DNA from: Vicugna vicugna | Taxonomy: Eukaryota | DNA: 64,000 nt | NCBI GenBank assembly: GCA_013265495.1 | Contig: MU058844.1 | Location: 5,186,344 to 5,250,343, forward strand | Reading direction: 5' to 3' | Shown here: one piece after another, positions 40,841 through 54,209 of the stretch | Layout: every line of letters begins with the position of its first letter | Numbering within the stretch: the first letter of the stretch is position 1 | Made by a program: the position numbers and the translations under genes | Notes under the pieces: model-generated | Told to the model about the DNA's origin: nothing | The model's input: only the letters and a program-made list of their open reading frames with translations | The model's database searches: none

Positions 40841-41457
40841 CATAGTCCTACACAGAGAGTAGTGGCATGTTTTGATGTCCAGACTGTTCAGTATCTGCTA
40901 TGGCTCTCTTGTTTTAGAAATTCATTAAGTTCTTCTGGAGTGTTTATTTTTCCATAGGAACTTTACTACTAATATTTATTATTCTGGAAAAATAAAAAAA
41001 ATAGATTGCTGATAATGGTATTGGGGTTAAATTTTGTATAAAAAACATTAATCAGTGAAGCAAGAGACTTGCATTGAGATTTTGTTGATGATTTTGATAG
41101 ATTCTTATATTTCCTTAAGTAAACTATACTTTTGTATTTAAGTTGTTTCAAGGTTGAGATAGTATGTATTCATATCAGATATGATATATAAATATATATA
41201 TATACGTATATAATCAGAAAAGTAAGTGAACCAGACACATCTTTACATCTTTATAATGTTTAGTAAACTTATCTGTGAACAAAGGATAACCTTCCATTTG
41301 TTCAAATATACTCATAAGCCTTTCAGTAGTGTGTTTTTTTTTTCTCTTACAGATGTTGCACATTTAAGAAAAAAGATTTCCCTGGCATTGTATATTTTTA
41401 TTGCTCTTTAAAATGGGGTTTTCTTTTCCATCATATCTTGTAACTATTTGTGTGTAT

Positions 41458-41700
41458 GAAGGAGGTAGGATTGGGTAGAAGAGGAAGCTGCACTGTGATG
41501 CAGCCCTGACAAACCTCATTCTACCTAGTGGGGAGTCCTACAGGTCTACCTGTGGGATGACCCCAGGAGAGACAATTCTCTGCAGCAGAGGCAGATCCTG
41601 AAAGTGAGGGGAGCTGGAGCCAGTCTCGCAAGTGCACTTCCAGAAGCTGGGCTACAGATTTGCCTGTGAAAAGGGATTTGAGGACCACAGCTGAGAATCA
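41458..41700 (-). mobile_element. LTR16/LTR33-like ERVL LTR fragment
   Basis: ggattgggtagaagaggaagctgcactgtgatgcag and ctctgcagcagaggcagatcctga blocks. Confidence 0.5.
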
Positions 41701-42332
41701 CTATTTGAAAGTTCACAAGAAAACTTAGAGCGTGAACAAGAGAGAGCTAGTAATAGAGCCCTGCGGGAGCATACAAGCAGAGGAAGGAGAGGGAAGCTGA
41801 AGAGTAGAGTGAGAAGGCTAGAAGTTTTGGAGCTGCTTTGAGGTCATTTTTGTCAGAAATTTAAAGATACATGGCAAGGATTGAAAAATGTTGATTTCTT
41901 TGACAAATGATTTATTTTGCAAGTTTCAACTGTGCATTTTAAAATGAAAAAGAATGTTAGAATGAAATAAGGGTTGGAATGAAAAAAGTTGTTTTCAAGT
42001 CAATTTTCAAGAAAATTGAGTGTATCAGAATATTAGGGAAAAGATCCAGAGTAAAGGAATACATTAGAGATACAGAAGAAAGGGGAACTAATTGATAATG
42101 AGAAATCTTCAAAGAGGCTCAGGCCATATTTGGAATAATTATTTTCTGACAATATTTAGGGACATTTTATCCAGTATAACTAAACAGGAAAAGGAATAGA
42201 ATGACTGGTATGTATGAAGTAAGTTCATGGTGTTTGTGGAAGTAGCTCAATGAAATATTTTTTGTGTTAAAAAGTCAGTCATTTACTTAAAATGAGGAAG
42301 AAATTGAAGGTTAAATTAAAAAAAGAGAAGCC

Positions 42333-43037
42333 TGTCGGAGCCAGCCGACAATCGATCAGGTCCAGAAATCTGTGCTGCAGGACTGAGAAAAGGAAAGACG
42401 TATCAAAAAGACAGCAAGACAAGAAAAGTTGGGGTTGAGAGGGTCTCACTCTAGCCCGCAAGACGCTAGGTCAAGAGTGGACGACGAGTTTATTTCTTGC
42501 AGTCAATTTATATGATTTTAACCCATTAGCTCATACATTCCTGCCTGTAGGCAAAGGTATTGTTTTAAGGCGTGTACTAAAACCATTAACTTGTATATTG
42601 TTACAGACATCATTATTGTTTACAGTTCTTGTAAAACTAAATTAAGAGTTCCTGGAACCAAGATGATAAGCTAAGACATTGTTCCTCTAGGCTAACATCG
42701 TGACTCGTGTATATTTAGCTCAGGTGATTGTTCTCTAAAAAGATTACTGATTTGTGTGCCGATTGTATCTCTCCCTCTGAAGGTCCTTTGTGACTTAGTA
42801 GCTCAAGGATATTTCCTCAGGCATAGGCGCACCTGGTGCATTCTTTAGTAAAAGGTGTGGCGGGACAGAGATTGTTCTGACTCAGTTGACCTTTGAGCCG
42901 GGCGCCCCGCACTGTGGGAGTTTAGGCCCAACCTTTGTGCTCGGCAGCCTCAATCTCAGAGCCTGGCGCCCTGCACTTTGGGGTTTTACGCCCAAGTTTT
43001 GTGCTCGGCAGCCCTCCGTCACGAGCGGCTCCCCGCA
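42333..43037 (-). mobile_element. Young class II (betaretrovirus-like, ERV2) solo LTR, 705 bp, 6-bp TSD GAAGCC
   Basis: TG...CA ends with imperfect inverted repeat (TGTCGGAGCC / GGCTCCCCGCA); GAAGCC at 42327-42332 and 43038-43043; minus-strand TATAAA (42512-42507) 12 nt upstream of AATAAA (42494-42489); many intact CpGs. Confidence 0.9.
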
Positions 43038-43155
43038 GAAGCCCAACTGTGAGAGCTGTGAAGACTGAGAAAGCTCAGAAGGGAAATAACAAGATTTCTG
43101 GGCAGTACTGAAAGCCCATTTAGAGTTGGAACCACAAATGTGTAATAACATCAGT

Positions 43156-43355
43156 CTAGAGCTGTGTTATCCAGTTCAGTAGCCAGCAGCCATATGTATC
43201 TATTAAAATTAAAATTAACATTAAATAATTCAGTTTTTAGATGCACTAGTTATATATCTAGGGCTTAACTGCAGCTAGTATGTATGCTGTTGGACAGCAC
43301 GGATACAGGACACTTAACAACACTGCAGAAAATTCTGTTGAGCAGTCTCGAGTAG
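43156..43355. mobile_element. MER3-like hAT-Charlie DNA transposon
   Basis: ctagagctgtgttatccagttcagtagccagcagccatatg ... ttggacagcacggata ... gcagaaaattctgttg. Confidence 0.7.
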
Positions 43356-44029
43356 AGGGCTGGGTGATTTGTCTGTAGTGGTGCTCCGCAGCCCAGGAGC
43401 AACAGCTGGGCATGCATACTTTTATGACTCCAGACCTGCCATAATGCCTACCTGGGCAGAGCAGGAGATGGATGCTAAAACAAAGCAAAAGTTGTGTCTT
43501 GTAAAACCTGGTCTGCATTTAAAAAGACAAGAATAATTGGAAAGCTTTGATACATTAGCTACGTTTAGAGATGTCAAAGACTGGCATTTGATGAGGCTGA
43601 GTAACAATGAAAAGCTAGAAAGACTGTGCTCAGAGTGAAGAAACTAAGATTTCATATGTGGAATCATTCTGGTGAGGATGAAGCTCAGGATATGCTGAAA
43701 GTGCAATGGATCTGTAGGTTCATGGGGTTCAGAGAGTCAAGGAAACATGGTACAGGACAGAAACTACTTTGGATGCTGAGGTCACGTAAGATGATAGGTC
43801 TGCAATATGTAGGAAAACAATTTGATAAATGACAGAAATGAAGAATAAGAGTGATATAGTCAACTGGCAAATGACCCTTAAAGCTGTAAGGCTGGAGACA
43901 TATGTGGGTTTGGAAACTAAGTTTAGATTAGGTTTATGAACCAACCACACTGGTTATGTTTTAGTCTATCTTGTCATTATTATTATTTTTCCTACATATG
44001 AATGAGAATGTAGCAAAGTAAACTGGAGA

Positions 44030-44205
44030 CTCATGAGCTGTGGTGCTAGATAAACCAGGTTTCAAATCCCAGCTGTATATCATTTACTTGACATTTAATT
44101 TGTGGTATTATATAACTTCAGTAAATATAATTTCTTCCTCATTGAAATGCAAACTGTAGTACTTATCTTCAAGAGCATAATGTGGATTCAACAAAATGAT
44201 GCATT
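44030..44205 (+). mobile_element. MIR SINE fragment
   Basis: ggtttcaaatcccagctgtatatcatttactt...tttcttcctcattgaaatg...gtacttatcttc. Confidence 0.55.
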
Positions 44206-44310
44206 GGCCCATCTCCTAACTTAGCCCTCTTCACTGTGTGCTCCAGTCTCACACCTGGTTTCAGTTCTTGGAATACACCATATCCATTTGTAACAAAGAC
44301 TTTGCATTTC

Positions 44311-44849
44311 TATATCAACTAGAGTTCCATCAGAAAAACAGAATTAGTAGGAGATATATATANNNNNNNNNNNNNNNNNNNNNNNNNNNNNNNNNNNNNN
44401 NNNNNNNNNNNNNNNNNNNNNNNNNNNNNNNNNNNNNNNNNNNNNNNNNNNNNNNNNNNNNNNNNNNNNNNNNNNNNNNNNNNNNNNNNNNNNNNTTTTT
44501 TTTTTTTTTTTTTTTTTTTTACTACTAGTGTATAGACAAATCTAAAATCTCCAGGACAGACTATCAGGAAGGGCAGGCTGGAAATTCTTGTACATGTGAT
44601 GAAGCTGTAGTTCTCAGGTGGAATTTCTTCTTTTGAGCAGAAACAACCTCAGTTCTGCTCCAAAGGTCTTTTAACTGTTTGGATCAGTCCACTCAGTAAT
44701 TGAGGAGATTCTCCCTTACTTAAAAACAACTGATTATAGATGTGAATCACATCTACCAAATAACTTCACAGCAAGACCTATATTAGTGATTGATTAAATA
44801 ACTTGTTTGAATAGCCTACCAGAATTGACATATGAAACTGACCATCACA
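44311..44849 (-). mobile_element. MLT2 (ERVL) LTR spanning an assembly gap
   Basis: cagaaaaacagaattagtaggagatatata start; ctcccttacttaaaaacaactgattatagatgtgaatcacatctac and ttgacatatgaaactgaccatcaca end. Confidence 0.75.
44363..44495. other. Assembly gap (133 N), preceded by TA repeats and followed by a 25-T run
   Basis: Read directly. Confidence 0.99.
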
Positions 44850-47800
44850 ACTCCTTGACGTAATACCTACAGATTACAGACCTAGGTAGATCTTTTCTGA
44901 CTGCTCTATCTATCTTATCCGTTTATTACATGTATCAGCAACCATGTTTATTTCCTTTATACCTGTGACTGTTTTGTTTGTTTTATTTATTTTCTGTTTC
45001 CCACACTTGCCTTAAGGGTAGGGATTATGCCTCTCCAATTCATTGCTATATCCCACATGTTTCACACTGAACTTGGCACAGTAAGCACTTAGTAGAAGCT
45101 CAATTGGATATTGAATAAATTAACATGTCTAGAAAAGAAAAAGCATTCAAAAATATAGTTTCCATTTTTCTCCATGAGCCAGACTTCATTCTATAATTAA
45201 TAAATGAGTTAATGGATTACTTTCCTTTTTCTGCTCTGTCTACAAAACTGTAAGTTTCTTTACTATTTAGTGATTATGCACACACACATCCATAACACCA
45301 CCTGCCTTCAACATATGTGTATAAAGGCAGTTTACTTGAAAATTTATACTAGTTTATTTCACATTATGTTACAAAATGTAATGCATTATGTTTCTAAATT
45401 TGGATCATTTATAAATTGACAATCTATGTGTGTGTTAACATTTTCTAAATGTGCTCAAGTTATGCAATTTTGTTTGTTTTGGTGCCAAACCCCAGGAAGT
45501 TATGCAGTTTTTAATGTACTGTGTGCTTTATTCATTTCCTTTTTTTGCTTGTCTTTCCCCATTAGGCTCTTTACTTTTTCTCTATCAATATTACCATTAT
45601 GTCCACTTCTGTTCACTCCTGGAATGTGTATTTAGTATATTTATCCATGCTTATGTAATTAGAATCAAACATATGGGATTATATGATTAAATACGAGTCT
45701 TGTTTTCTCAGTAAGACCCCTGTAGAATCAATCAACTGCTATAGTTCTAATTTAATCTTCTTAATAGCCACATGAGAATGTACAGACATACCATTATTTT
45801 TTGAGTATTTTTCCTATTTATGGGTATGCATTCTATTTTAATATCTTAGCTGTATGATCAGTTTTTCAACACACATCTGGATACTTTCATTACTTCTGTT
45901 TCAATGGAATATAACCAGGAGAATGCCTGGGAGTAGCTTTCCAAACAAGCACACATCTACCAACAATAATGTCTAAATTCTTGTCGCAAGTAGATACTAT
46001 AACTTACTATTTTTGTAAATCTGATTGCTGTAAATTGATCATTTTATTTCAGTTTGAATACTTTCATTTGTTTAGTAATTCTTTCCATATCATGTAATAT
46101 TTAATTGTCTAATTATAAACATAGGGAAGTCAGTGTTTTTCACTGAAAAGATGATTTTAAAACCATATTTCTTTATCTTTAAGAATTATTCAAATTTTTT
46201 TTGGTTATTGGTGTGTCTCATCTAAGGAAAGACTATGGTACTTCAATTTGTCACATCCCTTAAAAGCCCACATTTGGCATGTGTGCTAGGAAAGCTGGAT
46301 GATTATATGATTTTTTTAATCTTTATTTTCTGAAGACAGTAAGAAGTAATGTTAATTTGCTAAGCAATGTTAAGCTTGCATTACTGTTTTACGTTATGTT
46401 GTGAAACATACTGTATTATGTTTAAAAAGTGAGTCATTTTCAAGTCAACAATGCATTTAAGCAAAACAATAAATATCACATTTTTAATGAAATAGAAATA
46501 TTTCTAAAGTTGTTAGAAGCCAAAATATTAAAAAATGATATAAAAGGTAAGTGAAGTTTTCTGCTTATTTTATTTCAACTTCTTTTGGCAGTAGTATCTA
46601 TGTACTAAAATTGATCTTTGTAGTAGTAGGAAATGTATATATTTTAGGAATGAGAAGTTATACGAGCACTTATTTTGTTTCAAAAATGCACATGTGTGCT
46701 GAAAAATTTTTAAACAAAGGTCTGGGAGTATTTCTCAATTCTGAATATAACAGCCCATCAATTTCTTTAGGAGATATGAGTCCCATAGCTTTGCTTGAGT
46801 ATTCATTTATTTACTACACTTAATGCTTTTCTTTTTTGACTAAATTTTCAGAAACTATAACCAGACCACACAGCAGTGTTGAAAGGTTACGTCCAATAAC
46901 ACATTTTTGTTAAGTAAGATTATTGTATCTTTTCTTCATTTTAAAATACAACTTTTTTTGCAATTTACATCTTATTTCACTTACAAATTTCACAAATATA
47001 TCAGCCACTTTTCTCATATTCACAGTAGCAATAATCAAGTTTCTAATTGTGTTTAGAAAATGGCCCAAGATAGTCACACAATATTCCTGAGCTTCTGTAT
47101 TTTACCTACCACCCATCACAGGGATTATTAATTGGTATGCAAAGTTACTGCAGGTTTTCATGACTGGAATCAGCCAATAGGGCACTGATGATAAAACAGT
47201 GATGGTGGGAATAGATGTGATATTTGGGAATAAAAATAAGGGTAATAGAAATAGAAAAATTAATTAGTTTGGGAGATCAGCCCTCTGTGGGCTTGATTTC
47301 TCACAACTGTAATATGACATGATGACCAAAGCCACACACAAGGGCCACATAAGAATGCTAGAAAGTCTCCTGTTGCTGAAAGTCACCTGTCATGAGTTAT
47401 CATTTGTGGCAAAAATCATTTTCTCATCATTATTCTGGAGTAATGAATGTGGGGTGATTTTGTTTGCTTGAGATATTTGTTAAATGTAACTAGAAGAATT
47501 TTAACAAATTTACTGATGTTAGTTTTTTCCCCCTTAAAATAGAAGACCAGTAGACTATAGACAAAAAAGGCCACACAAAAGGAAGTGAGGTTAAAACAAC
47601 AACAACAAAAAAAAAAACTCAGTGAAGCCCTTGTAACATTTCACACCAGAAGTCAAAATGTAAAATTAGTTTTTTATAATACATATTTAATTATAATTTC
47701 TATAATTCTAAAAGTCTGTTTTTTTTTTCTTTTCCTCTTGGGTACCCTCCTAGCAAATACCTATACCACATTTTATGCAGGGAGCCTTACTTAAATCCTT

Positions 47801-50765
47801 ATAGCAATAGCCCATATTCCATCCTTTCTTTAAAATTGCTTTTCTTTCTCATTAAATTATTCTTTTTATAAATTTTACTACCTCAATTTTTTACATTCTG
47901 AAACTCGTATGTGAAAAATCAATATCTCTCATTGTGTCCCTGAGAATAAATGAAATAAATATAGTCTTCCATTAGAGAGTTTAAAGTCTATGATAGAAGG
48001 AAATATTTTAGATAGGTGTGACTTCCAACCATTTTCATATCATGTTTTGCTGTTCTGCCAAGCTTTAAACATAGAAAATTTGAAATATAACCATATACTC
48101 ATATATTATTTGCCATACATATTGATAGATTGTTGAAAAATTTCTGTTTATCTGGTTCAGAATGCCTATGCACAATTCTAATGCACAAATTTCTATAGTG
48201 TACACCATTTTCTGTGAAGGTGAGTAAAGAAAGACATATAATAAAGTATTTTGGGTGCTAAAATGCTACATCAGGCACCTTAATTTGCTGCAAATAAGAC
48301 TAAATTAGAGTTTAAAATGAGAACATTGCTACCCTGTTCTTCTGGTACCAATGCAGCATCCTAACAGCATGTAAGTCATCACAAGATTTAGAGCTCAACT
48401 CAATCAGTGGCAACAAAATTAGAAATAAATAGAGGAGGATCAATACAAAGTGTTGTCTGGAATAATGAAACAGCCCTTGGCTGGAAAAATCTGTTTTATT
48501 TTTCTTTTAGCTGCGTGTTCTGGAAATGTCTGACCTAGCTCAGTAGAAACTAAGTCTACTTTGTTTATAAAGAGAAGGAAGAGTCAATAGTAAATACTAC
48601 ATATCATATGTAAATGAATGTATATACAAATACGTGCATCTTTTTTTAAAGATGAACTGGCAGAACAATAGGACATTTAGGGAGCACAGTTTTCCTTATT
48701 CAAATTATATTACAGTTAATTCAGATAAATTAGATTTAAATATATGTCACTTTATGTTAACTGGTCTTATTTTTTCTTGAACAAGTTTTTTCAAGTTTAA
48801 GAGCTTATGATTGATATTTTTGCAAAGCTACTTCCGTGAGGAGCTTCTAATAAAATTTAGTGTCAAGATATGTGATATATCATGGAAAAGGAAAAGAAAA
48901 AAGCAATGTTGCTTATTACATTCCAAGATTTCTAAGATTTTTAAAGTCCTGGATTCAACTTGTGAGCTAAGGAGCTTTGAACTGCCTGTTAAGGAATTAC
49001 TAGTTCTTCTCTCACATGATGGGGACCACGATACAACAGCCATGTGACTTTTCAGAATATTGGCTCTAGTTTCATCCTGGTAGGTCAGAATTGGTGCCTA
49101 GTGGGAAAAGGCAGCCATTTCTGTGTCATTAGTAAGGAGTTAGGGTCCAATTCTTACGGTTTCTTCTATGTGATAGAATCATCAAGTGGCAGATGTCAAC
49201 ATATCAGCTTTGTTTTGGGGAAGAACCAAACCTTCCCTTTGATAACAGAGTTGGGAGTGAAGGCTTAGCATCCAAGCCTTTCAGTTGACTATACTGAGTT
49301 ATCTTAAGCCATAAGCCTAAGCCATTTTCTGTAGTATTTTAAGGAAGAAAACCACCTTTTCTAGGAGGTCACCAGAAAATGATTAGTCCTAAGAAATGGT
49401 CTTTATTTTCAATGTGTTTTTGTTGGAAAATGAATTATAACTCTTGGATAGTAACTAAAATCAGTGCTTATCTGAATTTTTGCCTATAAAATAGAGCTAT
49501 GTAGAGATGAGACTATTCTCTTAAGCATATCCTTTGAAAGCTTAACATTATAGTATATTTGCCATAACCAAAAACATTTTAAATTCTATTGAGAATAAAT
49601 AGCTTTTAAGTGGAGATTTTTTGAAGTCATACAAGGAAAAGCTTTTCAAGTAAAGAAAGAGTAGCATCACTAGTTGATACAAATATCTCTCAGCTTTGAA
49701 TACCAAATTCCTACCTCAAGAGGTTATTTATTTTCTCATGGGAACTGATCTTTTAGAAAAATATTAGTTGTTTTAATTTTGTACTTTTGTTTCATTTCAG
49801 ACACATCTGAATTATAAACTTTTTATGAACTATCCAACAAATATGCTGTTTATTAAAGTATGATATATACAAACACAAATACAGTAGAACAAAAGGCCAC
49901 CCTTATTGCTTCAGAATACTTGTGTAAAATTCTATCATATTTAAAGGGAAATTTTAGAACCCTTTTCAAAGATTTTTTCTGAAAAACTTGACTTTATATT
50001 CTATTTATATATAAAAGTGACTCAGATGAAAAATAATTTCTCAATTGTTAATAAAATATACAGATTATAATACTTTTTCATTAATTTCTTCATTTATATA
50101 TGATGTTTTTAAATTAATTTCTTATTGGATTTATATTTTAAAAATATAAAGCCTCAGACATCTTCATTTAAATATCATTATAGTCAGAGTGACTACTGGA
50201 ATGGCAACTATCTTAATGCTAATTTTTTTAAGTTGGCATTTATTTACAGTATGTGATTAGTTTTAGAGAATTTTCATAGAAAAAACTGTAAAATTTTATT
50301 AAGGCTACAGTCTCATATATCGGTAGTTCTAATTTATGCATACCAATTCAAATGAGCTTATAATTTAATCTATCAAAGCCAGATATGTAATAAGTCATTT
50401 CAGAAAATAAATACTTTGCCATTTTAGTAGCTGGAAGTAATATCAACAAGCTTGACTCAATCCTCTCTATAGCCTCTGGTGTCTATAATAAAAGGAGAAA
50501 GAATACACCATCTAAATATTACCTTAAACGTTTAAATGGTGAAGGAATGTCACCATTGTACCTCAAAGGCAGGGGATACCAGGAGACAGCTGCTTCATTT
50601 TCTGTCCCTTTGAGAGGATGTCTGGGACATCATCTCTTTCTCAGCTTTTCAAAATTAGGTCATTGTTATGAGAATTTTTAAACACCACTTGTAGGAAATT
50701 CATCTTAAAGATTAAACATTACCCAGAGTCTTTTATGAATACTCAAAATATGAAAAATAAATTTT

Positions 50766-50885
50766 GGGGGGTGAGGTAATTAGGTTTATTTAGTTATTTA
50801 TTTTAATGGAGGTGCTGAAGATTGAACCCAGGACCTCATGCATCCTTAGCATGCACTCTACTATTGACTGAGCTATACCCTCCCC
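50766..50885 (-). mobile_element. Camelid tRNA-derived SINE (Vic-1-type)
   Basis: Minus strand GGGGAGGGTATAGCTCAG (A box)...GGTCCTGGGTTCAATC (B box)...AAATAAACCTAATTACCTC; near-perfect TSD TGAAAAATAAA(A)TTTT at 50751-50765 and 50886-50901 with TTTT|AA endonuclease site. Confidence 0.9.
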
Positions 50886-51169
50886 TGAAAAATAAAATTT
50901 TAAAATAAATTTTTTCATTACCAGAATACTATACTCTATTTTTACCTCTATATTCTCAGTTAGTCGGGTCCTAAAACTTAGGAGAGGTAAAGAGGTTAAG
51001 CATTAAACAAAATTAAAGTGAGGGGAAGAGAGTATTTTCTTGCTGGTAACTTTAATTTTTTTTTCTTTTTTATTCAAGTTTTTTTTACAAGAAGGATTAG
51101 ATAGATGTTTGTACTCTTGTTGCAGATTTTAGGATGAATTTAGCAGCAGCCATGAGACTCTATTTTTCC

Positions 51170-52020
51170 CTTTTTAAATACATATCACTTTCTATCATAT
51201 TAATTCTGCCTTTTTTGAACATAATATAGATAAAATTACACCACATGTACTGTGGGTTTTATTTCACATATTAGATTTGTGAGAGTTACTCCTTTTAGTA
51301 TTTAGCCATAGTTTCATCTTTTTCATTTTTAGGTAGTATTTCTTTGTAATTTACCACAATTTACTTATCTGTTCTACAGCTGATGAATATTTGGATTTTT
51401 TTCCCTGTATTTTTGCAATTATAAATCTGCTGTGAATGTTTTGGGCATGTATTTTAGTGGATATATTCACTAATTTTTCTTGATTGTATACCTAAAAATC
51501 ACATTACTTAGTTTTAGAAGATAGTACCAATTTACCAAAGTGTTTGCACTTACTTTATTAAAGTAACTGTCTTTTAGTTCATTAATCCTGTCTTCTGTTG
51601 TTTCAGACTGGTAATTCCACCTAATAAGTTTTTAATTTCAGGTATTGTATTTTTTTTGAAATTTGTAATATCCTTTTAATACTTTTTTATAGATTGAAAT
51701 TCTCCATTGAAAAGCTTCACCTTTTAAAATTTTGTCTTTTTCAGTCTTTTCCTAAACATATCAATATTTCATAGGAATTGTTTGATAACCCTAATATGAA
51801 TCATCTGAGGATCTATTGCCATAGTCTGTTTTTTCAATTGTTTTTTGGTCATCTGGTAATATATTGATTCAGCCCTCTTAATTTTCAATAATAATCTCAG
51901 CTCTTGTGGATAAAAACATTTTAGAAGGTCTGAGTGATATAATTTTAATATAAGATTAATTTCTCTCTTGCCAGGTAAATAGCATATCACTTTGACATCA
52001 TCTTGGTTTGGTTTTAGAGT
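51170..52020 (-). mobile_element. Degraded old L1M fragments
   Basis: taccacaatttacttatctgttctacagctgatgaatatttggatt and T-rich L1-like sequence downstream. Confidence 0.55.
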
Positions 52021-52039
52021 TTCATTAGATCATAAGACC

Positions 52040-52430
52040 ACCATTGATATCTGAATTAAAAAGACAAAGTAGAAATTATCACTTACTATATTTCCTTTCT
52101 AGGCACATTCTTTCCAAATAGAGTTGAGAGCAGCATTTATGGGTTGGTAGGCTTTTAGAAGTGTGAGTAGGCTAACATCAAATGAATAAGTGTGATACAT
52201 CAGAAGCAGGCTACTTATTAGTTACCAAGCAGATGACTAATTACTGGAATCATCTGTTCTTGATTAGCTGATGCTCATAAGTGAGAGATTGACACTGATT
52301 GGTTGGCTTGTGAAGTGTGTTCACTGAATTGCCAGTGACTGATTAAACAACAGGTTCTGATGACTACTTAAAGCTATGACTACAGAATAATCAGTCTTGC
52401 TTAAGTGTGTGGAAGCATTTTCATTCTCAA
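52040..52430 (-). mobile_element. Probable old ERV1-type LTR (MER110-like)
   Basis: About 390 bp ending cattttcattctca, repeated ctgattgg-like boxes; family call is tentative. Confidence 0.3.
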
Positions 52431-53055
52431 TAGTTTGCTGGATTTATTTTATTTTAGTTTTGCTCTTACATATAGTGTACAGTTCTAACTCCTAGGGTGT
52501 GAATCACTTCTTAGGCTAGATCCTTCTCCTTGCAAAGTGACTTTGACCACCCAGAGCTCCAATATCTATCTCCTCAGACCAGTAATACTACTACTTTCAG
52601 CTTATATTTTATTTCTATGCAAAATGATTTAGAAAAAAATACCATCAGAGAAAAACATAAGATGCATTTATAGCTTACATCACATGATTTACCTTTCTCA
52701 ATAGTTATAGATATTCAAATCCTCCTACTATTGATTGTTCCTCCAAACTTTTCAAAATATTTTACATATTTTGTCTACATCTATAGCTATTTTCAACAGA
52801 AAATTTAGTCCAATACAAGCTAATCCATCAACTGAAACTAGAAGTCTTTGGAAAGAAACTTATTTTCAAAAATTAACTCAAGATGGAGAATGCATTCATG
52901 TTATAATCCAGCATGTTTTCTGTAGAATTAACATAGTTTGACTATGGTACACAAATCAACAACTACACATGGATGCACCATCTGTGATACAAAGCCTAGA
53001 ACAACTAAGTAAGTGATGGTTGAAGATAGTTCTTGTTCTCAAACAAAGTACTAAT

Positions 53056-53510
53056 TGTCTTTGATTATACTAATGGCCCTAATTAAAGAGATCTCCCTGT
53101 ATTTACATCCTTTCTTCTATAATTTTGTAGCATGCTTTCACTCTGACTTTGGGTTCAGCCATGTAACTTGTTTTGCCCAATGAGCCAGTAGCAAATTGGA
53201 TACAAGAGAGTCATGAAAAAATACTTATTTTCATTCTCTTAAAACTCTGCCACTACCATGAGAACACCCAGGCTAGACTGAAGTAGGATCATGAGCAACA
53301 TGCAGCAATGCCCCAGTTGAAGATATGCTGGAGTAGACAACTTCTAGTTAACCTGCCAGCATGTCTCAAACATACAAGCCTAGACAAGATAAACGGGATT
53401 TCACTGAGATTGGTAGAACATTCTGGTTAATACGTAGACTCATGAGAAACAAACAGCTGATGTTTTAATCCATTGTGAGTAGATTGTTAGAGAAAGAGCT
53501 AACAGGGATA
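53056..53510 (+). mobile_element. MLT1H-like MaLR LTR
   Basis: tgactttgggttcagccatgtaacttgttttgcccaatg; ctgccactaccatgagaacacccaggctag; agactcatgag...tgttttaatcca. Confidence 0.65.
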
Positions 53511-54119
53511 CCAAGGGGAAATTTTCATAATATTTCCTGTACAAGATACAAGAGTAAGTTCTGTAGACGTTAATGCTTACATACACTAAAAAGGCCTTTT
53601 TATATGCTATTTCTCCTCCCCCCAAATCTCTTGTCTGATTTCTTCATGACATTCTCTAGTCCTTCCTTTAGGGTTACCTAATTAGTCTTTTCTGGCAAGT
53701 GTATATGAAATAGCACACAACCTAATGCCTGTTGTAGTTCCTGTTTCCTTTCCCTGCTCTATTTTTCCTTTATTGTTTATCAATATTTCCTTTAAGCATC
53801 TCTCTTTCCACTCCCTACACACATTGTATAGTTTTTCTTTTTTAAAAAACTTTTCTCACTAAAATTAAGCTGCATAATGCAAACAAATATTTTTTTTCTA
53901 CTGAATGACAGTAAATTTAAGTGCTATAAAACTCTGAAATGTAGTGGTTTATTGATATATAATTGTTGAATTAATGTTGATAGATAATATATAGTTAATA
54001 GACACTATATAAATGTTGGACATCTAATCTTAAAAACCAAAATAGTTCAAACCAAAGATAAGATTGAGACCAGTAGAGTCCTTAAAATATATCTAACAAC
54101 CATAGAAAGAAAACTTAAT

Positions 54120-54209
54120 GTAAAAGGAATATATGTGTATAAATAAATCACTATGCTATATATCAGAAATTAACACAATATTGTAAATCAACTATACTTC
54201 CATAAAAAA
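54120..54209 (+). mobile_element. Very short L1 3' end insertion
   Basis: aatcactatgctatatatcagaaattaacacaatattgtaaatcaactatacttc plus A tail; imperfect flanking repeat around acttaat. Confidence 0.75.

Noticed and set aside
44496..44520. 25-T run as the poly(A) tail of a new retroelement
   Set aside because: It abuts the N gap and MLT2 sequence resumes right after it; likely a microsatellite edge or contig-end artefact.
50800..50885. tRNA-like sequence
   Set aside because: It is the head of a SINE with tail and TSD, not a tRNA gene.
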